Part shown: piece after piece, positions 42,524 through 50,306 of the stretch
Numbering within the stretch: position 1 is the first letter of the stretch
Layout: every line of letters begins with the position of its first letter
IMG/VR virus record: IMGVR_UViG_651703056_000001
Span: 1 to 64,000 of that record
Strand: one strand, 5' to 3'
DNA length: 64,000 bases
Source: a virus
Taxonomy: Duplodnaviria > Caudoviricetes
Program-made: the position numbers and the translations under genes
Notes under the pieces: generated by a model
The model's database searches: none
What the model was told of the DNA's origin: nothing
Seen by the model: only the letters and a program-made list of their open reading frames with translations

Positions 42524-43907
42524 ATGATTTTAAAATATGGAGTACATAATGGCAAAGGAGAAACCGTTGTTTGTATCGTAGACAACATCACAAGTGTAGA
42601 GGAGATTGAAGGAAGTAATGCCCCAATCTTCCATCATGAACGAGGAGAGAAACCTCGAACATACTTTGGAGATATCCTTGATAATAAAGAAATTATCTTT
42701 ATGTATTTGATGAATGATGATTTCAAAACAATTAAGATTTATAAGAAGGCTTAAACATGAAACGTATAAAAACACAGACTGTATCATTTGATGTAGATGA
42801 AGTGAAAGCATTGACAGGTTTTACTTTAAAAAACTCATGGGGAAACTATATTCTTGAACATGAAAAATATGGAATTGTCCATGACATGCTTGAAGATGAA
42901 GATGATGAATCTTTTACAGAAAATAGTCTGTTTAATTATTACATGACTGAGTTAGAAGATACCCTAAGACATTATGTTTATCAAAACTTTAGTTATGATT
43001 ATGCTCATATCGTACAAAATGGTCGATTCGAGTATGCTACTCGTGAATTTACTGTTCAATTCCATTCTGATAATAAAGTTACAGTATATTTTATCCTCGA
43101 AGAAGGTTACTCTTTGGAGATAACTTAATTTACTTTTTATTTTATTGCTTTTGAATATAATATGTAAGGAGAAAATATGGACACAACAACTGCATTAAAG
43201 ATAACAGTAACGGCTGTGATTGGGTATATCTTTGAGTATGGATGGTATAAGAGTGTCGAGTGGATTTCTGAATGGAATTATACATGTGGAATGATATGGT
43301 TATTAGCGACATTTGCAATACAGTTATTTTTAGTTCTTAGATTTATGGATGATTTTCTTGATTTATTTTAAAGTTTATGCTTGACAAATAATAAATAATA
43401 TGGTATAATATACATATAACGTAAGGAGAGAAACATGGAAGATAAATATACCGACATAGTAGTTCGTACAACACTTATAAACATAATTACAGTTCCAGAA
43501 GAAGTCGCTCATGATAGAGATTTGGTTGATGATTTTGTGGAGAAGTTTGGAAAAACAAAAGAAGTGCTGGATACAGATAACATAGAAACTGATGTCTTAG
43601 AGTACTGGTTTGAGGATGAATATGGACATGAACATCGACATTATTGAGAGGAAGTTTGACTATGAATTTAAAAATTAAAATTACAGTATCTTATTCAAGG
43701 TATGACATGGATGATTTTAATGACGGTAGCAAAATAGACTTTGTAGTCGACATACCAATGAAACGCACCAAGAACAAAGATAAGTTAATAGAAGATATAT
43801 CTTGTTTTTGTAGTGAAACAGCAAAAAGTTTGCTTATTGCAAATGATATTGAGTTCAGAGAATATATGATTCGGACTGAATATTTAGAAAAATCAACGCC
43901 AGTATAA
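42524..43907 (+). CDS. Five small hypothetical proteins (42524, 42757, 43177, 43435, 43644)
   Basis: ORFs with RBS between tRNAs. Confidence 0.55.
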
Positions 43908-43985
43908 AATAATTAAAAAAATTCAACTTTATGCTTGACATTATATCTGAAATGTGGTATAATATTAATATAGAGTTGATAATAA

Positions 43986-44058
43986 GTTCGGTTAGTGTAA
44001 TTGGATAACACACATAATTTCTAATTATGTACTCTGGATTCGAGTTCCAGACTGAGCA
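43986..44058 (+). tRNA. tRNA-Arg (TCT)
   Basis: GTTCGGT/ACTGAGC acceptor, CATAA-TTTCTAA-TTATG, CTGGA-TTCGAGT-TCCAG; promoter just upstream. Confidence 0.85.
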
Positions 44059-44130
44059 TTGTGTATGAAAACCTCCACCAAAAAATAAAAGAGGAAATTG
44101 CAAAAGGACACAGTTTGCAGAGGAATACAC

Positions 44131-44619
44131 ATGGAATGGAAAACAATAAACTTTATTTATGGTTTTGAAAACCTTTATGAGGTAAACAAACTTGGACAAG
44201 TTAGAAGAATTGATTCTCAAAAAATATTAAAGCCAACGCTAAATAATACTGGGTATCATACAGTTCATCTATCTAGCGGGAAAAAGAGAAAAAGAATTGG
44301 TATCTCTATATTAGTTGCTAAAGCATTTATTCCTAATCCTGAGAATAAGCCAGAGGTTGACCATATTGATACTAATAGAACAAACAACCATATATCTAAT
44401 TTAAGATGGGTTACTCGTCAAGAGAACATGGATAACCCATTGACATTAAAACATCTTGAAGTCAACAAAGGAAATAAATATTCCGATAAAGGATATAGAG
44501 ATGATATATTAAGTTTGAGAGAAAAAGGTATGTCATATGATGAAATAGCTAAAACTCTTAATTGTTCTAAATCTACCGTCCATTACCACATCAAAGGTAA
44601 AGGAAACGAAAATAATTAA
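44131..44619 (+). CDS. HNH homing endonuclease (NUMOD4-HNH-HTH)
   Basis: 'YEVNKLGQVR', 'LVAKAFIPNPENKPEVDHIDTNRTNN.ISNLRWVT..EN', C-terminal HTH. Confidence 0.9.
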   Translation: MEWKTINFIYGFENLYEVNKLGQVRRIDSQKILKPTLNNTGYHTVHLSSGKKRKRIGISILVAKAFIPNPENKPEVDHIDTNRTNNHISNLRWVTRQENMDNPLTLKHLEVNKGNKYSDKGYRDDILSLREKGMSYDEIAKTLNCSKSTVHYHIKGKGNENN

Positions 44620-44842
44620 AGTATAATTACTTTATACTTGACAAACATTAAACAATATGTTATAATAGTATATAGTGATTATTAAATGAAATAGAGTGCG
44701 AGGTCAGTCATATTATTATGATAGTGGACTGAATGACTAGAGTAAAAAGACTAACAATCTTCTAGTCTTAGAATAGGCAAGTTCCGTTCAATGTCTCCCA
44801 AGATTCGGCTGGAGAGACCGAGAAGACAGCTTTATTTCTAAA

Positions 44843-44915
44843 GATTCATTGGTGTAGTGGTTATCACGCTTGCCTGTCACGCAAGAGAACAGGGGTTCGA
44901 ATCCCCTATGAATCG
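44843..44915 (+). tRNA. tRNA-Asp (GTC)
   Basis: GATTCAT/ATGAATC, CTTGC-CTGTCAC-GCAAG, AGGGG-TTCGAAT-CCCCT. Confidence 0.9.
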
Positions 44916-45027
44916 TAGATGATATAGATGATAATTACATTATTGCAATTAATTATTTATATCATCAAGTCCATAGTAAGGCAATCACATTTCATGTGAT
45001 ATTGTTTACGACATTGGGCGAAATTTT

Positions 45028-45115
45028 ATCGAGTTAGCTCAATGGTAGAGGCGATGACGGTGTACACCGTAAAAACGGGAGGTCATAGACAGAGGTTCGA
45101 TTCCTCTACTCGCTG
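45028..45115 (+). ncRNA. tRNA-like RNA with 23-nt anticodon loop
   Basis: TAGCTCAATGGTAGAG D-arm, ATGAC/GTCAT stem enclosing GGTGTACACCGTAAAAACGGGAG, AGAGG-TTCGATT-CCTCT. Confidence 0.65.
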
Positions 45116-45200
45116 TAATTAACTGAGGACGGAACAGGCAACCGTCACACCCTAGTGGTTTAAAGAGATGTGGGAAATGTCACCCCACCAGTTAATTTAA

Positions 45201-45267
45201 AACAAGTCTGCTTATGTATCTTAAATGATATACTGATTAGATTAGGGTTGGATTCCCTAACTTGTTA
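45201..45267 (+). ncRNA. tRNA-like RNA lacking D-arm
   Basis: AACAAGT/ACTTGTT perfect acceptor stacked on TAGGG-TTGGATT-CCCTA. Confidence 0.55.
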
Positions 45268-45462
45268 TAGATAAGATAGTAACACGAGTCTTATCGTCCC
45301 TCGCGGATGAAATCTGGCGAGCTATCAAAATTTGAGGTGCTTAGGAAAATAATAAAGATAGTCCTAATTGTTAAATGAGTAAAGCTATCCAAGTCGACAG
45401 TAACTAACAGCCCTTTATTTATTATATGTCAGTGAATCTTTAACGTAGCTGGTATATAATAA

Positions 45463-45534
45463 CAGGATATGGTGTTAATGGTAGCATGCGTGTTTTGGGA
45501 ACATGTAGTGCTGGTTCGAGTCCAGCTATCCTGA
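45463..45534 (+). tRNA. tRNA-Pro (TGG)
   Basis: CAGGATA/TATCCTG, CGTGT-TTTGGGA-ACATG, GCTGG-TTCGAGT-CCAGC. Confidence 0.9.
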
Positions 45535-45701
45535 TGAGTGGTGTATAGTCCACGAAGTGCTAAGCTATTGCGCAGTACCTTGGCTCAACTATACAAGAAC
45601 CATATTGAACATAACTGGTGCATGGTTATTAGGATATGGGGTTAGTTAACGGAAGACCTAGTGTATTAAAGTGTCACAGGCTTAATTAAGTGACAGCTGA
45701 T

Positions 45702-45758
45702 TAGAGTAACAGGTGTGCTAACGTATATTGCGAGAGGCTCGATTCCTCTCTGCTCTGT
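45702..45758 (+). ncRNA. tRNA minihelix-like RNA
   Basis: TAGAGTA/TGCTCTG acceptor plus GAGAGG-CTCGATT-CCTCTC, short linker only. Confidence 0.5.
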
Positions 45759-45817
45759 TGAGGGAGCATAAACCTGGCGAAAAGTTATGTGGAGGAATGA
45801 ACCTGGCGAAAAATTCA

Positions 45818-45875
45818 TCTGATATTATGGTTAAATAAAGGACGCTTTATGTTGGTTCGATTCCAACTATCGGAT
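45818..45875 (+). ncRNA. tRNA-like RNA with 4-nt anticodon loop and no D-stem
   Basis: TCTGATA/TATCGGA, ATAAAG-GACG-CTTTAT, GTTGG-TTCGATT-CCAAC. Confidence 0.6.
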
Positions 45876-45936
45876 ATAGGTGTTGCTTATTCACCGTATA
45901 ATAAGCTAGAAAAGTAAGTATAGTAGGTAAATAAAA

Positions 45937-46452
45937 ATGACAAATCCAATTCTAATCAAAGAATTAAGTTTTCAACTTAAGGAATACCGAGATATCTTAA
46001 CAGATATTATTAAGTTATCTGCACGTTCTGATGACCAAGCAAATTCAGCTAAAAATATATTATTTCAAATATTTTATCATACAGAATGGATGATTCAAAT
46101 GTATGCTGGTAATTATGAAGAAAAACCACATAGAGATTCCGAAGATTTAAGTTTCAAAGAGGGAAAAGTTTCTCAAAATATTGTAAAATATATTATGGAC
46201 AACTTCAAAGGTATTCCACTCACAGAAGAAGGTTTGAGTAAGTTGACTAATAAAGAAAAAGAATTTTTAAAACCTTTCGAAGACCTAGTATCTATCACCC
46301 ACAGAATGATAAGGGCTGTTGTGGATTATTCAGATAGTCATTCTGAAAGTAAAACCATAGACAGAACAGATGCACAACCTCTTAGTATTTTATATTTCAT
46401 TGATTCACTAAAAGAAAGAACGACTTATGCTATGGAAAAAGAAGTCTACTAA
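45937..46452 (+). CDS. Hypothetical alpha-helical protein inside the RNA island
   Basis: 171-aa ORF with AGGT RBS. Confidence 0.65.
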   Translation: MTNPILIKELSFQLKEYRDILTDIIKLSARSDDQANSAKNILFQIFYHTEWMIQMYAGNYEEKPHRDSEDLSFKEGKVSQNIVKYIMDNFKGIPLTEEGLSKLTNKEKEFLKPFEDLVSITHRMIRAVVDYSDSHSESKTIDRTDAQPLSILYFIDSLKERTTYAMEKEVY

Positions 46453-46865
46453 ATTAGGTGACTCATTACAGTTAGATTAGGCGTATGATATTATCCTTTG
46501 GTTTAAATCCATAAAGACAGAGCATAAAGCTCGACTGTGTGTCTATTGCGTGCAATAGATGACGGTTATATCTTGATACAATTAAAAGGAACTTTGAGTA
46601 GTTCGCCTTTATGGAAATGGGTTGTTAGTGTATACCGCAAAATAAAACTATCTGTATCCGTTACTCTTGACGATATAAGAAGCTTAAAATCATGTTTGGT
46701 CTTTGCATATCCTTCCTAAAGACTAAGGTGTACCGATTGACGGTACTTAAATGTCATAGAGTTGACAGCCAAGCAGAGGGTGCATAGCATAGAAGCGAAT
46801 CTAGGGAGCTATAAGTTAAATGATACAGCCAAACAGAAACCGAAACTAACAGCTCTTTGCATAGT

Positions 46866-46936
46866 GCGAACATAGTATAGTGGTAATGCTACAGACTCTA
46901 AGTATGTAAACGTAGGTTCGATTCCTACTGTTCGTA
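46866..46936 (+). tRNA. tRNA with CTA anticodon (amber-suppressor-like, Trp-type body)
   Basis: GCGAACA/TGTTCGT, GTAT-AGTGGTA-ATGC, ACAGA-CTCTAAG-TATGT (one G.A mismatch), GTAGG-TTCGATT-CCTAC. Confidence 0.65.
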
Positions 46937-46992
46937 TATCAGTACCTTATCCGCTTAAGTAGAAATACAGCGCATTAGATAAGGGCGATTGA

Positions 46993-47064
46993 ATCCGTTT
47001 AGTGTAGTGGTTAACACATCAGATTCCAAACCTGATAACGTGGGTTCGATTCCTACAATGGATG
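46993..47064 (+). tRNA. tRNA-Trp (CCA)
   Basis: ATCCGTT/AATGGAT, TCAGA-TTCCAAA-CCTGA, GTGGG-TTCGATT-CCTAC, G discriminator. Confidence 0.85.
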
Positions 47065-47277
47065 TTTTATATGTGTGCAAGTCTCTCGTAAGGGAGATGG
47101 TGTTAAATGAGGAAGATGTCCGACAGCCATATAAAAACAACACACCAAAATACGACTCTATATAGTATTTTGGCTGGCAATCTTGGTGGTAATCGTTATA
47201 GGGACGGTAAGTCCGAAAATGATAGGGAAGGTGTTGTATGCCTATCTGCGAGAGTGTTCAAGAAACTCTCATTTTAT

Positions 47278-47349
47278 ACAGGGTGGGTGGCAAGGCGTCA
47301 CGCTAGTTTCATAAGCTAGAATAGAACGGTTCGATTCCGTTACCTTGAA
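47278..47349 (+). tRNA. tRNA-Met (CAT), unpaired 1:72 (initiator-like)
   Basis: ACAGGGT/ACCTTGA, CTAGT-TTCATAA-GCTAG, AACGG-TTCGATT-CCGTT. Confidence 0.8.
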
Positions 47350-47480
47350 TATTGCTGAAAAGTAAGAACCGACTGTCCGAAATATATCAATATAGAAGTC
47401 TACGGTATAGAAAACGTTCATAAGGGTGTGATTGTTCCGTATGGGAACTTGACCATAAGTTGCTCGTTAACCCTTAGCCA

Positions 47481-47547
47481 GAAAGAGTGGTCTAATGTAA
47501 GACACTTGAAATTTCAAGAGTTGTGAGTTCAAATCTCATCTCTTTCA
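47481..47547 (+). ncRNA. Anticodon-less tRNA-like RNA
   Basis: GAAAGAG/CTCTTTC, GTCT/AGAC D-stem, CTTGA-AATT-TCAAG (4-nt loop), GTGAG-TTCAAAT-CTCAT. Confidence 0.7.
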
Positions 47548-47658
47548 TATATTGGTCTTAACAGATAATGTGAAGGTTATATTAGCTAGTCTATGATATA
47601 ACTCAAAAAACTACTCGTACAGTACTCGATTTGTAGTTTACCAATACACAATTTGGTT

Positions 47659-47735
47659 TCCCACTTCGTTTAAATATTGGAATAAGACTGCCTATTCGAG
47701 AACAGGTAACCTCGGTTCGATTCCGAGGGTGGGAA
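47659..47735 (+). ncRNA. tRNA-like RNA with 10-nt anticodon loop
   Basis: TCCCACT/GGTGGGA, TGCCT-ATTCGAGAAC-AGGTA, CTCGG-TTCGATT-CCGAG. Confidence 0.65.
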
Positions 47736-47779
47736 TTTAATTTAAAATATTATTACTTAGGAAAGAAGGAGGTAGGATA

Positions 47780-48898
47780 GTGTCCACACACAAAATTGCT
47801 CAGAAAATACCTTTTAAACCAACAAAGAAACAAGTGAAGTTCTTTAAGGATTGTTTTGGTGCAAGAAGATTTGCATATAATAGTCAAGTTGCTGTATTCA
47901 ATACCTACTCAGAAGAAAATAAAGATTTGACCTATCCTAAAATTACAGACCTAAAACGTGAGAATGAATGGTTGAAAACAAGTGTTGTTCCAGCTCATAG
48001 TCTGTCTAATGCGCTCATGGACTTCGGAAAAGCTCGGACGGCTTACTTCAAAAAAGCCAATTATGGTAAAAATCGTCCAAGCTTTCATAGTCGTCATGAT
48101 TATATTCAATCATTTAGAAATGGAATGCCATTCAAAACAATACGTGAAAATGGAAGATACCAACTTTCAAAGAAACTAGGCTACATTAAAATTCGAAAAC
48201 GTGATAAACTACGCTACCCAATTGAACAAATGACACAATGGACGATTAAGCGTGAAGGAGAAAAATACTATATTATTTTCTTGTTCACGGTTGAAATTGA
48301 AACACGACCTGAAATCACAGGCTCAGTTGGTATAGACCTCGGTATTAAAGATTTTGCAATAACATCAGACGGTGAAAAGATTGACCTACCTAAATCTCTT
48401 GGAGAGTTGGAAGCCAAAGTCATAAAAGAACAGCGTAAACTCTCACGTAAACAAAAAGGGAAAGGTAAGCAGTCGAACAACTTCTATAAGCAAAAAGCCA
48501 AGTTACAAAAGGCTCATGCAAAAATACGCCATGTTCGTGAGAATTTCCAACATCATGTTTCAAAACAGCTGATTGAAGAAAACCAATTCATCGCTATTGA
48601 GACATTGAGACCATCCAACATGATTAAGAACCACAAGCTGGCACGTTATATAGCAAGAGCCAGCTGGCGACAGTTCACAAATCAGCTAGAATATAAAGCG
48701 GATTGGTATGGAAGAACTTTACAAAAGGTGGGAACATACTATCCAAGTTCAAAAACTTGCGGAAATTGTGGGAATATCTATCACAATTTGAAGCTCTCAG
48801 AACGGGAGTGGACGTGCGCTAAATGTGGTACTTATCATGATAGAGACCTTAATGCAAGTCAAAATATCCTCAAAGAAGCACAACGATTAGCTTCTTAA
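47780..48898 (+). CDS. tnpB: TnpB RNA-guided endonuclease (IS200/IS605 family), no tnpA in window
   Basis: FGARRFAYN, RuvC-I GIDLG, RuvC-II IAIETL, CGNC...CAKC Zn finger, RuvC-III HDRDLNA; AGGAGG RBS, GTG start. Confidence 0.92.
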   Translation: MSTHKIAQKIPFKPTKKQVKFFKDCFGARRFAYNSQVAVFNTYSEENKDLTYPKITDLKRENEWLKTSVVPAHSLSNALMDFGKARTAYFKKANYGKNRPSFHSRHDYIQSFRNGMPFKTIRENGRYQLSKKLGYIKIRKRDKLRYPIEQMTQWTIKREGEKYYIIFLFTVEIETRPEITGSVGIDLGIKDFAITSDGEKIDLPKSLGELEAKVIKEQRKLSRKQKGKGKQSNNFYKQKAKLQKAHAKIRHVRENFQHHVSKQLIEENQFIAIETLRPSNMIKNHKLARYIARASWRQFTNQLEYKADWYGRTLQKVGTYYPSSKTCGNCGNIYHNLKLSEREWTCAKCGTYHDRDLNASQNILKEAQRLAS

Positions 48899-49061
48899 AA
48901 TATTTGTAATCGTTAAAGAACCGACCGACAATCGGGGATAGCTCACTCCATATAGGCGACCTCTGGCACGAGGAAACAAATCCGAAGCTAAGTGTACCTA
49001 GTTCGTGAGAATCACGGCACTTTAATGCCGTGAGTGTTCAACTCTTGACAAACTCATTTGA
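48899..49061 (+). ncRNA. TnpB omega/reRNA scaffold with IS right end (TTCAA 49037-49041) and guide from 49042
   Basis: GC-rich structured tail, subterminal hairpin TCACGGCA-CTTTAA-TGCCGTGA, then GTGTTCAA; 5' boundary probably inside tnpB. Confidence 0.75.
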
Positions 49062-49073
49062 TTATGATATAAT
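49045..49073 (+). promoter_or_regulatory. Sigma-A promoter
   Basis: TTGACA 49045-49050, 17 nt spacer ending TGA, TATAAT 49068-49073. Confidence 0.85.
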
Positions 49074-49111
49074 AATATATGTAAGTTAAAAAAACGTAAG
49101 GAGAACATAAT

Positions 49112-49219
49112 ATGGGGTGCATAATTCCGATTGTATTGATTTTAATATTTCTAGCAAATCCAGTTCTGGGTTTAGTCGCAACGGTTATTGTATTAGCAAT
49201 AGCAAGTCTTAAAAAATAA
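49112..49219 (+). CDS. 35-aa hydrophobic peptide
   Basis: MGCIIPIVLILIFLANPVLGLVATVIVLAIASLKK; AAGGAG RBS. Confidence 0.6.
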   Translation: MGCIIPIVLILIFLANPVLGLVATVIVLAIASLKK

Positions 49220-49233
49220 GGAGAATAAACACA

Positions 49234-49890
49234 ATGACACAAAGTAAAACACTCACAGTACAAGAAGCGCTTAATGAACTTAAAGTTCTTGACAAACGTA
49301 TTGAACGTAAACTTGGCGACACTAAATATGTAGGTGTTGTTCAAGAAGACAAACTTGTTTATCCTGCATCATCAAAAGGTGATAAAGATAAATTCATTTC
49401 AGACGCAAAATCTAGTATTGATTCATTACTTGATTTGATTGCTTACCGTCATGCTTTGAAAGCTGGTGTATTGCGTTCTAATGCGTTAACAGAAGTTGTA
49501 ATTGGAGACAAAACAATGACAGTTGCAGAGGCAATTGATTATAAAACTTCAATCCAAAGTGAAAAAGATTTGGTTCAAACTCTCGTTAATGATTTGACCC
49601 AAGCGACAACTAAGATGACACGTATTAATGAGGATATTGATAAGACTCTTGAAAAGAAACAAAATAGTTTGTTAAGCTCAGATAAAGATGATAAAAATCC
49701 TGATATTATTAAATTCTTGAAAGAACAAGCTGAGAGCGAAAAAGCAACAGTTCTTGAATTGGAAGTTGGTAAAGCTATTGTAAGTGATTACACTAAAGCT
49801 AAACTTGATTCAATTGAACAATTTGAACAAACAGTTGATTTCAAGTTAACTGCATCAAATGTTTCAACAGAAATTACCGTTGAGTGGTAA
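49234..49890 (+). CDS. Coiled-coil protein, DIP1984-like ('septicolysin'-misannotated) family
   Basis: 'TVQEALNELKVLDKRI...LK.GV.RSNA.T.V.IG...MTVAEAI...VDFKLT.SN.ST.I.VEW' two-fold internal repeat; family recalled, not searched. Confidence 0.65.
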   Translation: MTQSKTLTVQEALNELKVLDKRIERKLGDTKYVGVVQEDKLVYPASSKGDKDKFISDAKSSIDSLLDLIAYRHALKAGVLRSNALTEVVIGDKTMTVAEAIDYKTSIQSEKDLVQTLVNDLTQATTKMTRINEDIDKTLEKKQNSLLSSDKDDKNPDIIKFLKEQAESEKATVLELEVGKAIVSDYTKAKLDSIEQFEQTVDFKLTASNVSTEITVEW

Positions 49891-49905
49891 TAATTAAGTT
49901 ATAAT

Positions 49906-50267
49906 CATGTTATGACGAACAACTTAAAGTATAGATTTCCAGACAGTTTTGTTGAAAGATTCTTATGACTGGAAATAAAATATTAAATATAATGAATCTT
50001 TAAAAAACTATAAAAGAATATACTAGAAGTCTCTCTTGGAGACAATTATCAATTTTGATTGGCATAGAGACCTCTCAAAATTGATAAAGATGACTAATAG
50101 ATTATAGTTTAAAGCTCATGCTTTATAGCTTAGAGTTTATATCTTATATTGGATAATGAATCCAGTTATAGATTAAGTTTGAGGGGTTAAGTTTTCTTAA
50201 AAATCCTAGAGTTACGTTTTGTGACTTTCTATATCAGTTTGGTTGTACGCTAGGCTGTCATAACATG
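49906..50267 (+). ncRNA. ~360-nt structured RNA with closing helix, pseudoknots and heptamer repeats
   Basis: CATGTTATGAC (49906-49916) pairs perfectly with GTCATAACATG (50257-50267); internal 13-bp helix; 7-nt repeats; no ORF. Confidence 0.7.
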
Positions 50268-50269
50268 GT

Positions 50270-50306
50270 AAAATAAGGACTACTTCGGTAGTTCTTATTT
50301 TTTTTA
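50270..50306 (+). terminator. Intrinsic terminator
   Basis: AAAATAAGGACTAC-TTCG-GTAGTTCTTATTTTTTTT. Confidence 0.85.

Noticed and set aside
45117-45197. Additional tRNA-like fold (AATTAACTG/CAGTTAATT with two internal hairpins)
   Set aside because: T-loop lacks the TTC consensus; structured, but not counted as a tRNA mimic
45215-45232. Ochre suppressor anticodon (TTA in loop)
   Set aside because: The loop is 6 nt and the RNA has no D-arm; it cannot be a canonical UUA-anticodon tRNA
45531-45560. Hammerhead ribozyme core (CTGATGA-stem-GAA)
   Set aside because: CTGA is the 3' end of tRNA-Pro, GAAA is GAAG, and no stem I/III with an NUH site could be built
47107-47130. RNase P RNA-like 'GAGGAAGATGTCCG'
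   Set aside because: No matching P4 partner or other conserved regions downstream; only about 150 nt before the next tRNA
46537-47319. Short ORFs 46537..46719, 46955..47143 and 47107..47319
   Set aside because: They overlap tRNAs and structured RNA and have no RBS
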